A stretch of DNA of 64,000 nt, from assembly GCA_002633005.1 (NCBI GenBank), contig NMRA01000680.1:135913-199912 (forward strand), given 5' to 3'. The notes under the pieces were generated by a model. The model saw only the letters and a list, made by a program, of their open reading frames with translations, was not told the origin of the DNA and did not search any database. The translations under genes and the position numbers were made by a program. Position 1 is the stretch's first letter, and the number at the start of each line of letters is the position of its first letter. This document shows, piece after piece, positions 26,501 to 41,500 of this stretch. This DNA comes from Phoronis australis. Its lineage: Eukaryota > Animalia > Phoronida.

Positions 26501-29500
26501 GTCCACTCGCAACCCGTCACCAACTACTATAACCGAACGTGAAGCAAAATCAACCGCTTTGACGACCAGGTAGTAAATGTTCGGTTGAAAATAGTACTCA
26601 TTTTTGTCCATTGCTGAACGACTTTCCGGAGGCAACAGTTTCATAGATCCAGGTGACAAGGTTAAGTCCACGAGACTAAAGTGGTGCACAATAAAGCCTT
26701 TCAGGCTACATGAGGGATCGCACGTCAAATCGCACGTGCTTTTGCAAGTTGCGCACGGAGTCTTCACTAATGATAACGGATAAACATCGCAACTAACGTT
26801 AGCCTGACTGCTTAGACCTATCCAGAGCTCCTTTATGTTACTGGCTTCATCATGAAACGCTTTACCAAACATACAGGGCTCGTCTCTTTCCAACGCAAGG
26901 GAAACTTCTTCGACAATTGCATTGGTTCTTTTAAGATCGGGAAAATAATCGTTTCTGTTCCAAACGCGAAAACCCACGTTCGCCGACTTCACTTGTTTTA
27001 TTCCGTACAATGTTGCCACCTCCTCGCTAGAAATCATGAGTCTAGTATTCCACCTTTCGAATCCAGTAGACGCATCTTTGTCAAAAACAATGGAATATTT
27101 CATCGAGTTCTCAAAAGGGTTGTGCTCAAGTGTTACCCATTCTTTCATTATTGAATTGTCGACACCTACACCCCAGAACAAGGCAGGGAATTTTCCATTT
27201 CGTTTCCCTCCAATGACATGAAATCCTACAGCAGGTTGGAGATGTACCATTTCTTCTTCAGTTGCGGAATGGTTCCCTTGGATATTGACTGTTGTGTTAG
27301 ACCTTTGGAGATCGGTTGCATTTGACACGCTTGTTCCTGTCGTATTATATGTTGCATGACTCGTGTTCTCAAACACGAAGCTGTAAAACGGCATAAACTT
27401 CTCGTTACTGGACACGTAAAATGTTGTGATGACTTCACTCCCTTCAGCGGCTTTAAATACTGTTGTGTAGGCGCCTTCGAATATGGTGGTGAAAAGTTGG
27501 AAACCAGCGAGAGACATCGCCTTTCCCTCGTCAATGGTTTCGGCTACCAAGACGAGACTTCCGTTGTCGCCCGGATAAGTATTTTCACTGTTATAAAATG
27601 CATATTTCCCGGTGAAATCTTCATCCTTACCAAGAATATTTATGGCATTAGAAACAGTATTACCGACAACAAGATCTACTCGTATATCCGTTTTGCAATC
27701 TGTCTGTTTTATGCCATGGTCTATAGCCACCATCGTGTCGATAGAATGCAAAGACGTTTGAAACAACAACGAATTTGTCCACTCAGAACCATATTTTACA
27801 GAGCCTCCGACTGGCGGTGAATTGTCAACCATTACAGGAACACTCCAGCCAGTTGATGACAAGCCAGCACTGTTGGTGACCTCAACCATGACGTAGTATA
27901 TGGTTGACTGCTGAAGAGATAAGCCTTCGAACAACGTAGCGTTGTCACGTGAGATGCGTACAGGAGATGCAATGTTCAGTAACTGGCTTTCATGAAAAGT
28001 ACGATCACTACACTCGTTTTGTTTATAAACAGACACGTCATAATAGGCAATTCCACTTTCTGTGTCACTGAATTGATCCCATTCAACATAAAGACTGCTT
28101 TTGAGTGGTACAAACGAGATGTGGCCTACTGTGGTGCCATCAATACGAATGTTTCCAACAGACGGTGCTGTCAAATCGATGGTGACAGGAGACGATTGTA
28201 CAAGGAGACAGTGGTCGGCAACATCGTGAGCCACAACAGTTACAAAATATTGAGCTCCGTGCTTTAGCGATAGATTTAAAAATACTGTCACCGTGTCAAG
28301 TCCCACACTTTTCAAAGGAGACGTGTCAAATACTGAATAATTTAGGTTCTTGCAAGAACACGATGTAAGGGACGAAGATAAGCCGACGTCATATCGTAAC
28401 AATGGTATGTGAGTACGGAAACTCGACCACGACGCCTTGAGCGAGAGTATATCCGACTGTGCGCTGTTTACATAGACAGTTCCAGCGGTAATAGAGTTAT
28501 TATACCCCACAAGTATTCCATTGGATGAAACATACACGGTACTTCCTGCAGCACTGTGGGCCAACACTGTCACGTAATATCTCGTCGATATGGCTTGAAG
28601 ATCAAGTTTAGTGAACATGTACTTCGTGCTTAGCCCGACATCAACAAACGAATGTATATTTGCCCTCCCGCTAAAAGTGCTTACGTCATTCCCCACAGCA
28701 ACTTCGTACTTCACAATTAGTTGACTAGGGTTACTACTTTCGTCGTCGCCAAACTTATACCACCTTGCTTGAAGTGTGTCGAGAGGCTGTTGATATTCAA
28801 GATCCATTTCATCTCCATCGATAACTACCCCTGGTTTGGGCGACTCTATGTTTACAGTTACTGTGTTAGTTTTTGCAACCAATGTTCTTTGTAAGCTGTC
28901 CACTATTTCAACTAGAGCGTAATACGTTTTCGTATTTTCCAAGTTCAACTCATCGTTTACCAATACATTTCGTGGACTGGGAACACTAACCATAGGTGCC
29001 ACTACCTGCCCATCAATTCGGTATATACCCCATCTAAGACTTTCTACCGAGCACCCTCCTATCAATGTCCATGAGACACTAACAGACGACAACGACATTT
29101 GGTATCTCAATTCTTGATCATGACTTCCAACAAACGCATGAAACTCAGGAAGCGGACTAACAGTTACGGGTTTACTGACAACTGTGGAAAATAAGCCAAC
29201 CATGTCAAAGGCTCTGACTGTTACGAACACTCGAGACCCAGGCTGTAGAGGACGTTTAGGCGTTAAACTAACGAAATCTTGGAGACCAATGCTAGTTGGA
29301 GAGAGAACGTCTTCTGTGTGTGGCTTAGTTCCTAGCAGAACATCGTATCTACAATGATGATAATACATTTTAAGTGAACATATTCTAATAGGCTGACAGT
29401 GACAGCCGACTTATACTCATGTGATTTACAGTTACAATAAACTCGAGTTCCGTCGATGAAACAAAATTTTGATTTGAACCAATTAATCCAAATGGACTCG

Positions 29501-32500
29501 TCTGCATTTGTTCCCCCTCAGATGAAAAGTAATACGGTAGCACGGCTAAGCTTACCTCTGAAGTCCAGACTGCCGGTCAACGAATCTTGAGATCTGGACG
29601 TTTATTTCGGTCATTGATATCTGGCATGGCGTCTCATCCTCACGTTTCCCACTTACGATTTGTACAGTGCCACCATCAGGCGGTATGTTGTCAACTTTGA
29701 CTTCAGCAGATAGCCAAGTAAACTGATGTAGATAATTGCTCACATTCAAAGTAACATATACGGACGTCAGGGTTGATGTTTCAAGAACATGGTGCATATT
29801 AAATGTGCGCTTGTTGTTAATCGCGCTGCTTGGCGAAAACTGTATCAGATTATCAAATCCTTCCTGTTCCCCAACCCCAACAGCTAATTCGGAGATGAAA
29901 CTCTCGTGTTCGTCTACCGCCCACTCACACGTGATCAGGGACTCCAACGGCGATACGTAGTCATTGCAACTCAAAGAAATTATCTTAGGTTCAGTTGCAT
30001 CAATCGTGAGTGGCGGCCAAGTTTTCTCAGCTAAATTGCCTGCTGCATCCATTGCCTCAACAGTCAAAAACCCTGTCTGCGAGTTGTTGATCGATAAATC
30101 GCCAGTAGGCAGCAGCATATTTACGGCGACAGTTTCTGCTTGAAAGTCCCTTTTTCCAGGAAGAGAACCATAGTGCCAAATTTGATGCGCAACATCCGAT
30201 TCTTTGTCGGTACAATTCCAGGAATAGAGGCTCGTGTCAAAGTACTGGAGGTAGATGGCAGTTTTTTCATGTACATTAACAGTAATTTGAGGTGGCTCGG
30301 CATCGACAATAACGCCATCAGATGAGGAAACGATGAATTCCTCAGGGCAGCCATGCCCAGTAATAGCTCTGACTGTGCCATAATACACGTGGTTGGTACT
30401 CAGTCTGATGTTGGATTGCGCTATTCCCGATGTTTCATTTTCCATCACAATGCCGTACGTTGAAAAGCCTTGTATATCTGAAAATCCTGGCTCTGATCCA
30501 ATAGCCCATTCATAAGCAACTATTCCACACGCTTCACTTTCAAAGCCGTGGAAGTTGATGGCAAACGAAGACAAGTCATGCTGGTAGTTATCGTCCATTC
30601 CAAAATTTCGACCATCGAAAATTACTCCAGGAACATTGTCTTTCACGACAAATATTGGTTTTGAAGATATTGGATCAGAGACCAACCCAGCACCGTTTAC
30701 GCTTTTCACCGTGACGTAATAGAGTACGTGTGATATACTCCACGGCTGCAAATCTAGACCACTGATGTGGCCGTGCATAGCTACCCCAAAGTCTCTGAAG
30801 CCACCGGATATCGAATCATCTCCTTCATTGACTCCTACAGCCACTTGGTAAGATACTATTCCACTGTGGTCGTCGTGTCCATGCCAAGAGGCTAGGATGC
30901 GATTCTGCTCCAGGTGCTCAACTTGTCCGTTGTCGTTCACCACTTCCTCGTCCAGTGACAGACCCACGATAACCTGAAGTTAAATCACTTGGACTATTAC
31001 GATAAACGTACTTGACACATACAAAAACACAGAAACGGTATCAAACATTAATCAACACTGAACAGCATTCATTGTTTTTCAACAAAATTTAGTCATTCAG
31101 AAATTAAAATGTGGCGTAACATCACCATCAGCACTGCTTTTACTGACAAATGTCACAAAAAACACTCGAGCGGTAATTTTAGGAGTAACAACTTCATTTT
31201 GTAAGCCAGGGTTTCGAGGGCAAATTAGCGTGTGGACTAATTTAAACACCACCAAATGTATAAAAGCATCCACTTCAAATCAAAGGCAAGTTTCGCGAAA
31301 CTTTCAGGCCGAACTCTGCTAAATTAAGACCATTCTGATTTAGCCTGCAGTAGTTTCAGAAAATTACTTGAGGCAAAAACCGGTCTTAGTTAAGACCGGG
31401 ATTAGCTTGCTACGGAGTAGCCTCTGATAGGTTTCCGGGCGTAATGAATTGCTGTGATCGTTGATACTTTTGCAGTTGATAAAACGAAGCGCATATTTTA
31501 AGTGACATTATTCTAAGAACAGGACAAGATGAAAAAAGAGCCACCAACCGGATAAATGAAATGCTGCTAAAATTTAAGATAGTAGATACTAACGCTGTCC
31601 ATTTCAGGAGCAGTGGTGTCAACGCGAACGCCATCTGACTCGTGTGTAGTAGAGAGCTGTGCGTGATTGATTGCCGTTACTTTAACGGTATAACGGGCGC
31701 CGTCTATGAGTTCCATTGACATCGTGGTGTTCATTGGCTCCAGACCACCAGAGGGCAGCACAATGTCATCCTTTTGAACGGGCCATATTTTAGACTTGTG
31801 ACCTTGGTAATCCATAAACACAGACACTCGGTATTGTGCTACTCCGGACTCCGAATCTTCAAATTTCCACTTGGCAAATATGCTGTCATCCTGTGTCTGA
31901 TAAAGTAGCCCGTTTTCGCTGTCCACTAATAATATCAAAATAGGTGGAGACAAATCCACGGCATATCCATCAGACTTAACCTTCGTAATGCTACCTGCTC
32001 CATTCTTCGCACCAACTTCTATATTCACACGATCGCCATTTTCCAAAGCCATCGAATGCTCTTCAAATTTTGTTGACAACCCATTTGTAAACGATTTTCG
32101 GAGTTCTTTATTAACGTACACGTTGACGATGTACTGCGCTATGTCACTTTCTAAGTCCTTAAAGCCTTCAAAATGAGCAGTGATTTCTGACTGTTTGTGT
32201 GTGTAAGCAATGTCCTTTCCAGCCTCCTTGCCGTCTTTAATCCAACCTTTTTCAGGAGGGGTGATGTCAATCAAAACTGAAAGGGTGACGACACATTTTA
32301 CAATTACTTAAGTGGCATACAGCGCGATGACAAATATAGACCCTAATTGCTGTCGGCAAAATGGAATATCGTGACAATTAAATGCCACATTTTCAGCTAA
32401 CTTAGTGACCTTGAAGGATAGATTTTCCACAAATCATAAAGAGTAAAAAGGCAAACGAGCAGAAATTATCGTTATCTAACCTGGTCCTTTTTCTAAAAAT

Positions 32501-35500
32501 CATAAGCCACAAAAACATGACACTTGTCAGTATGTATATCAAAATAATTGTCTTGCGAAAACCAACAGTCCTCTCAGTTCCTCCTATTGTTTCATTTTTC
32601 CATTTTTGCGAAGGGATTGGTTTGACATACATGTAAATGACCACCTTAACTGGTTTCTTTCCATAAATGAAGGTCAAAAACAAGTACGTTTCAAACTATG
32701 AAGACTACAGATCATGGATCCAAGTTCACTCGAAGTGAAATCGGCATGTGCCAAGTTATGATACTTCCGAAACTCTTCTAGGTAGACGATGTAGATGCTT
32801 TTCGTTGTCCCCAAGCCCGACCACCTTTAAATTTGTTGTTTGCCTGTTGCCAAGCAAGCCATTGCAATAGGCGTAAAAAGATCGCAAGAGTCAACGCCCG
32901 ATTATGACAGTTATGTTAAGGGCAGGTGCGCTTCTCATGAACGGATGCCCAGCGTTATTAATTTAGTTTTAAATGGGCGGATCGTCGCATGGTCTTCGAT
33001 TCAACTGAAATGTCAATTCATACACTGAAATACGTACGAACAAGTAATACATGAATACGCACCGCCATCGGATGACGCCTTAGACTGTTTTGGTTTCAGT
33101 CCTCGATTTACAGCAATCACTGTGGCGTAGTAGGTCTGGTTATGCTCAAGATGACCCGAGTAACAGTACGATTTGGTTAGATGAGATACGGAGTAAATAG
33201 CAAGTGCTGAGTCGCTGTCTTTATCGGCAGAGAAGCCTATCAGAAATCTTTAAAGCAAAAGAACAAGACATGGTAACAGATACGTATGGATAAAACACTT
33301 TTTGAGAGAGACAGGGACAGTGAGAGGGAGGAGAAGGGGTAGATATCTGGAGAGTGGGGGAGAGAGGAACATCGGGGAAAAAGAAAAAGACAGTGAGGGA
33401 GAGGAATAGGGAATGAGGGACCAAGGAAGGAGGAATATAAACAATAACCTTATATCATACAAAACATCCAACTATAAAAATTTTAAATAGTAATTAACAA
33501 ACTCGGAAAAAATAATAATTTTCCAAATACAGTGCATGTAACAGATTGACACCTGCCCATATCCAGCTGGGAAGGACAGTCTAAACTTCAAGCTTAAATT
33601 GTTGGGTGGAGCCTTAAGAATTTGAAAACTCACAGAGTTTGTCTTCAAAATCACATTTGACAGTTGGTGTATCAAAAACATACTCATTGATGCCTGTGTC
33701 TGGATCAAAGAAGTCTACCCAGTGAGCACATAATGTGGCGTTATCAGCTTGATACTTCCGGTTAATGTGAAGGTCAACACCATCAAGAACTTTTCCCACT
33801 TCCGGTTTTGTCGAGTCTTTCAGAAGTGGCACCTCGGAGTGGGAAGCGGCAAACAGGAGCACTTTAAAACAAACAATATGCCTGCTCAACAGGTTCTATT
33901 TGAAAGGTTATTTCCTTTTTACAAGAATACTTAATTCCGTTTTAATGATTTCAACGAATCCTCGTTGTCCCCTGCTATCGCATCATTGGTTTTAACATTG
34001 GAAGGTAAAAGCAGAAACTCAAAATGCATGCTCCCTATGTCATAGATTGGATGTTATAGTTTTATGCTGGGTAGTTTCTTCTCATAGTTTCCGTGTAATT
34101 TGTTAAATGCGTAGATCCCGTTTAGCAGATTTTGAAAGTAGTTTTGAAGCTTTCCTTCAAACTTTTGGTGGTTGTAGGGAGTTAAAAGCATTGTTTTTTT
34201 TCAGAGAATTGGATGGCGAAAGTCGTTTTCAATAAATGCTAATAGGTCAAAACCGGGTTTGGTACCTTTGTAAAACATCTGGGCTCGGGGTGAAATCTTT
34301 GGACGATTAACTGAACTCAAGCTTGTCTTGACATTGTCTGTACTACTTTTGTATGAACATAGTATGTTAGGGATTGTTCTAAAACCCCCTCGACCACCAA
34401 ACCCCAAGGCCCCTCGACCCACGATCCCCATGACCCACGACCCACGATCTGTGACCATAGACGTCTCTTTGCGCTTTTTACATATTTCATAATCTTATTA
34501 CGTAGCTGAGTGACTTTTCCACCAGACTTGTTTGCACGAATCAGCTCTGGCTCAAGTCTGGTGGTTAAAAACAGAGGCGTAATAATGTCATCTGGAATGG
34601 CGGATTAGTGTGCTATCGCTGTCAGGGGAATAGTTTCACAAGCGGCTACCAATAACCTTGATCTACTAAAGTTAAGGAGAAAGTATGTTAGGGGTGTATA
34701 CATATCATTTCACATTTTTATTATTTTGCTTTGTGTCGTAAACTCGTTTACAATATACTACGTGTAATTTTGAGATGCTTTTTGGTTAATAGTTTGTCTT
34801 TTCAAACTGCATTTACTGAAGAAATCACTTATTCGCGGCCTCCTCGGACTCTGTCAAAATAGCTTCAATCTGTCAACCACTGAAGAGCAGACGAGACGAT
34901 TTCACTCTGCCGGGAACTAGACGAATTGAAATGTTGGTAGGTCTTCGATTTGATTTGATTTGGCTCTCATGCTTTGTTTTGTTTTTGGATTCTGTTTTGA
35001 ATTGACTCTCTTAATTGCAAAAATAGGAAAAAGTCAGTCGCCTTCACTGCCAGACTCGTAGGACTTGCAACTCAGTGTTTGTTCTATGTTCAGATCGAGT
35101 TGAGCTTTTGTAAACTGTACTGTCACGTGTCGGGGGAGATTTGGGTCGCGGCTCGAGGGATTCGTGGGTAGTGGCTCAAGGGGGGTAGTGTGTCGAGGCG
35201 GTCGTGGGGTGTAAGGGTCGAGGGGGTTTAGAACAATCGGTATATTAGTCTGTGCTCCAGTACGATGTGGTTTTTGTAGATGAATCTCTAATTCTTGGTG
35301 ATCCGATCATTAGTCCTAGTCAGTACTCGAAGTCTCGAGTTTTTAGTTCGAATATAGGTGTTAACTAAGTCTGAAGTTGAACTTGACACTCAAATAACTA
35401 ATCTATGAATACATTTGTATCAAAGAATGATTGGCAATGGCCTCAAGGTCGCCCAAAGGTAGCCTACATGCAGTACAGAAAATGTTGTAAATGATTTCTA

Positions 35501-38500
35501 GTTCGAATTCGACTACAATGATCTAGCTTCTCTGGTTAATTTGAAGAGCTTGAACACGTTTCACCCTTTAAAATTCGTGACTCGTTCACTGGTGGTTTCT
35601 GTACATATTTTGATCAAAAGACGATGCCTTCTTCTACAAGAGCAACGCGGAGCGTTGAAATGCGCCCACGAATGCATCGCAAATGGTGTGCTTTTAGGGT
35701 TATTTATTTGCATCATAAAAATGGCCACTAGATGGCGCTAAAACGTACAATCCAGCCAAATATAGCTATGGATGCAAAACAAAACAACACAGAGCAACCA
35801 CTAGGAGGCGACACAGTAGTCAGTCGCCATCATCAAGCGTTCTCTTCACACATTTAAGAACATTTCAATTTTCAAAACCATCCCTAGAAGGATTTGGTTG
35901 ACCAGGGTTTGAAAACAGCAAAAATGGCCTCTAGGTGGCGCAACTTACCTAGATTTCATCCACAGACAGGAGCAAAGCGTCATCTCTTCAATAGATGCCC
36001 ACATTCAAAATTTTATGAAAATCTGTTTTGGACCTTTGAAGATACAGAGGTAAACGTAAACAACTAAAATTGACACTTGGGGGCACACGAGTGGTCAGAT
36101 CCTCCGAAAGTCGTCGTTGTTCGTTGTCAACATCATATAAATACACTTGCTAAATCAAGTAAAGATCCTGCAAACGGTTTAGGAAATACAGCCATGAGCG
36201 CAAAAAAACTGCCAACAGGAGGCACTACAATAATCGATGTTGGAAAATCATCGTCATCCGTCCACTTCATAGTTAAAACATACATGGCATTTTTCACAAT
36301 TATCCTGAAAGCAGTTTGGTTGATAGACGAGTGGACGACAATCGAAAACAGTAAAAATGGCCACTAGGTGGCGCAAACTAGGTCGAATCCATCTGAAAAT
36401 GGAGAGATAGCGTCACCTATTAACAGATGCCTGTATGCCAAATTTTATGAAAATACATTGAGGACCTTTGAAGAAAGAGAGGTAAACGTAAAAAAATAAA
36501 ATTGCCACTAGATGGCACACCAGCAGTCAGATCTGTCTGATAGTTGTCATTCTGCGTTATTAACATCATATAAATGCACTTGCTGAATTTAGTAAAGATC
36601 CTGCAAATGGTTTAGGAGATACAGCCATAGGCGCAAAAATGCCACTAGGAGGCGCCACAGTAGTTGAAGTCGTCAGAAAACTATCGTCAGCCGTCCACTT
36701 CATTGTAAGAACATACATGACAATTTTCGCAATCATCCTTTGAGCAGTTTGGTTGATGGAGGGATGGACGCCAGAAAACACACTCGAAAGCAGTAAAATC
36801 GGCCACTATATAGGTGGAGCAAAATACATGTACGTCGAATCCATCCGAAAACGAAAGGATAGCGTCACCTCATAGATGCCTATGTGCCAAATTTCATGAA
36901 AATCGGTTGAGGACGTTTCAAGATACAGAGGCAAACGTAAAAAATTAAAATTGCCACCAGGGGGCACAGCGGTATTTGGATCGGTACGAAACTCGTCGCC
37001 CTCTATCGTCAACCCCATAGGAACACACCAGCCAAATTTCAATAAGATCCTGCAAGGGGTTTAGGAGATACATCCGCGGACGCCGCACGCCTGACGCCCG
37101 GACGCCCAGACAGAGATGACGGCACTAAGCACCCACATATAAACATGTGGGCGCATAAAAATTAGATCTCAGTACTTCCGATAATCTAGATTTGGTCAAA
37201 TTATTTGGCTGATCGACGGTCACTTTACAAGGTTGATGTATATGATTTTATCAAAAGAGATGAACTTTTCTAAAATCATATCAGTAGATCCAATCATTTT
37301 GATTCGGTCAGATTATTTGGTTAACGATCATTTAACAAGATATAAAAGAACAATTACCGTTGTCGATGGCTCTCAATCTAATCCACGCAGGTACGCCATC
37401 CTTCAGTCCCAAATTCTTAATAACAATATGTGTTTTTTCATTCGATTTGTGCACATAAGGCGAATATCCCCGCACGTTTACGTCGTACTTTGTGTGCCCA
37501 AGACCAAAATCAACTCTGGATACACCAGACAGGTGATCAGAGACATTGTAATAAAGGAACAGCGTATCGAACTCCTCATCGTAAAAGTAGCTGCCAACTG
37601 AGTGAACTTCCGGTTTTACAGTATCAATGACAACGGGTTTAGAGTGGCAGACTGTAGTTACAAGGGCTCCACCAAACACAACGTTGTTAATTGCTTGCAC
37701 GGTTACAAAGTATTGTCCATCTTTCAAATGCAACCCTGATGTCATGCCGTTGTGAGTCCAATATGAGCTATCTGAAAGGTGTTTGTGAGGGTCATCGTAC
37801 GGACTGACGTCTTCTCCGCAAACTGACGTTCCAGCCGCCCACGTGTAACCCCAAATGCCTGTTTCTTTATCTTCAAACCCGTCCCAGTGACCTGTCGACC
37901 AAAAGACAATGAGTTTGATTAGTCAATAGAAGCCTTGGTTTAGAGATGTCAAAAAAAATTGAGAAGAAATGAAATTCAAGGACGTACATGTAATATCGAA
38001 TATTGCTCAAACGATACTTTTGAAAGTTACACATAGATTTAATTAAACGAATCAAATTGGGGAAAACAGATCTCATTGGTAGAACCATAGACTATAGTGC
38101 ACACCGCTAATTACATTATTCTTTCAACGCACACGTTCTGCAATCTTGCGCACAACAATAGTGTAATTTCATTACTGGACACGACGTCATTAATCACGCG
38201 GTTTCTAGTGTGATGGCACTTCCAGCAACTACATGTAAATACATGTACATGGTATGTTTACTGACGGGAAACGTAACCGAGACTAGACGGTTCAGATCTT
38301 TGCTAGCCATAGAAATCGCGTCGAGTAACTTGGCCACGAAAGCTGCTCCCTCCAAACTAGTGCAATGGTAGTCTTTTGCATTTAGTGGACTTTTCATATT
38401 GGGGCTCTCTAGAGTAATGAGAGCAAGAGAGGCTGTTTGGTCACGACTCAGGTTTGGCGGAGCGAAATTCAATTACTACGTACATGGCTGTTCGTTAATT

Positions 38501-41500
38501 GAAAGTCAGAGAAATAAGTCCCACTGGAAGACGCTCCTATTGTTTGACTAGCTTAGATGATTAATTTATGTTACACTGTATGTCAGATTTTAGTGTAGAT
38601 CCTAGCATAATTCAGTGAACTCTACCCTGATAGCCGTCCGGCAGGTGAGTGAATTTCAATACTACTTGGCTTATTTAAAAGTCAGGTATCCCATGCTGAT
38701 GTGAGCTGTGAAACAGAAACAAAATTATAATCTCATTGTCGGCGTATGTTGAGCCGATTTATCGCGTAACAAATGCGCAGAACTGATGCGACACCTATGT
38801 CAAGCTGATTAACTTCCGAGAATACCACCTTAAAGCAACGGATTTTGTATCAGTTTAGATCGAACAGTTGCACTCGATAACTGCGAGTTAATTCCTGTTA
38901 CCTGACACAAGTCAGCACTTTACAAGACGCTTACATGTACTTGTGTCAGCTCATTGCTTGACTTCGTCGTTTTACACCAAGATATCGTCAAAGTTTGATT
39001 CAAAACCCTTCCAAATACATTGAGTTTCTAGGCAAACGAGATGTTTTATTTAGCTGTTACTGATTTTATTTGAACGTATCGCAGGTTGCAAAGTTCGGTG
39101 GACCTGTTTGGTGACAAATTTGAATTACTCTTCCGTAAAATACAGACAATAGGACACAGCTGTGTGTTGTAGTTTTAGACTTAGGATTTTTTCATTTCTA
39201 AGCACACATAACACAGTAGCTAAGAACCCGATCAGGCCGCTGAGGACTGGAGACATCACCTGCCGGGTTAGTCGGCTGCCAGAAAAAAGTTCCAGTCAAG
39301 AAAAGACTCGACTAGTGAACCAAAGAAATAAGGTGCGCGTGAATTGGCCACGAAATTGCAAATAAGGTTGCTCTTCCAGTGAACCGCCAGGGCAAAAGTT
39401 ACAATTCCAATATATATAAGACATATACATATGCACATACATATACATAAATACATACATACGAAAAAACACACACACACACACACAAACACACACTACA
39501 GCTTTCTGTCTGCAGAATTCTGAATGAGCATGCGCTCACACGGCCTGGGTGCCCGCTCAATTAGAAGTGAACTTTAAGCTGTTAATGCAGTGTGATTTAC
39601 TCATTGTTGGTTTCTTAAAACATTTGCATTCACGAACATGCGGATGGCATTACAAGTTGTATCCACTGAGACAGACTTTTAGTTACAAATTTACATGAAC
39701 TTTTGTTAGGGGGACAATATTTGATTTTGAAATAGAACGCACTATAATAAAGGTCTATATGTACATGACTAGTTAAAATCAGACACGGAGGTCTTTCACG
39801 CCCTCGTACTTGGTATTAACGACGAACTTTTCATTCTTTACTGCCACAATACATTTCCGAAGCATATGGGTTTTCAGACGAAATAAAAAACGATATACCA
39901 CTGACGTCGTTGCGTCGTGTACTCGTCTGTCTCTCAGGTTAACGCGACACTTGGCGAGGTAAACTCGACCGTATAGGAGGTGATTTGGATATAGACCGAT
40001 TAAGACGGTAGAACACGAATTAAATCGGGTGGCATTTACCGTTAAGAAAGTCAAGACGGACATGACCATGGCTATGTTTTCTGCTTGCACGAAGCCGAAA
40101 GCGCGCTGGATTCTGAAGCGAAGCTAACGAACCAAACTTTGAATCCATAACGGAAGAGAGCGGTGCCTCCTCTATAATTGCATCGAAAAATATAGAAGTT
40201 GCTTGTCTATTGTCCATGATTTGCATGTATGGTAACATGACATACGCTTAAGGAGATATACATGTACCTGAGATGTAGTTATTGCTCATGGTGTACTCTA
40301 AATCGACTGTTTTCTCGTGACCATTCAAAATTGTGCTTGATCCAATTCCATCTTTTATGACACTGAAACACGCCAAAATGACCCCAGTCCAATTAAAGAC
40401 GTTCAGGTGATGACAAAATTTTGATAACGAAGTTGCCTTCTGTATACGTGTGACTAACATCTGCAATGGGAGACTGGGAATAGAATGAAACACATATTTA
40501 GCACACACTCCCAGACTTTTTGTAATGATACTTTAACAGTGTTACCGATTCAATTGATAAAGTGAAAGGAGATGACTGATATTACTCAGTGCTGTAGTGA
40601 CAAGATTAGAGGTACTGTAAGTAGGCGCACAAAGCCCACCGTTTCACTTTGAGCACTAAACGTAACTTACAGCGCGTAGGCGCTACATGTTCAAATGCCA
40701 AAAGGTGATTGGCTGCTCCTACGTGCGCCTACGCCCACTACAGCACTAATTTTACTCATTCAGTCAAAGGTGTCGTACATGTACTTCCCTCACTTATAAA
40801 TCCTCTTACCGGTGGTTTGGGTGCCATGTTAATTCCGTGCACCGTTGCGTAACTGACGCGTTACACCCATCATGTCGCAAGATGTCCAGGCTTGCATTTG
40901 CAATGGGTCCAGGCTCAGGGGGAGTGAAGTCGACGACTGTGCCTTTCGACGACAAGTAACTCTCATAGCCTAATTCATTTGTGATATGAACATTAATGAA
41001 ATACTCCTGGGAATGACTAAGTGGGAGGTCGTCGTACTCGAACATGTGACTATGACCAATAAGCCTTTGGTAATTGTGAAAAGCGCCGCTGTGTGTTAAC
41101 TTGGAAAATTCGCCATCTATGGTGTTCTGCAAAAGACACTGTTCACTCTGGGGATTGTAATCGAAAGAAATACATTTTGTTTCAAATTTAATACATTCAG
41201 CCGCACATATCAGATCAGAAAATGCTTTAAAAGTACGAAATGCCTCCGAATCCAGCCTTCCACGCCTAGGGTAGCCAAAGTGTTTCAATTCGTTCGACAT
41301 ATCGTCGTTCTGTGTTATTGCTGATGGTTTGAACGGTTCCCAGTCTCTAATCGTGTTGCCAAATGGTCCCCGGCCAACGCCAACAGCCTTGTACTGTATT
41401 GGCTCCAATGGAGAATCATCGTGTACGAACACGGTGGCACTTAATTTGTGGGGGTGACTTGAAAACTCGTACGAGGCATCCACTCTTCCGTTTGGAAGCG

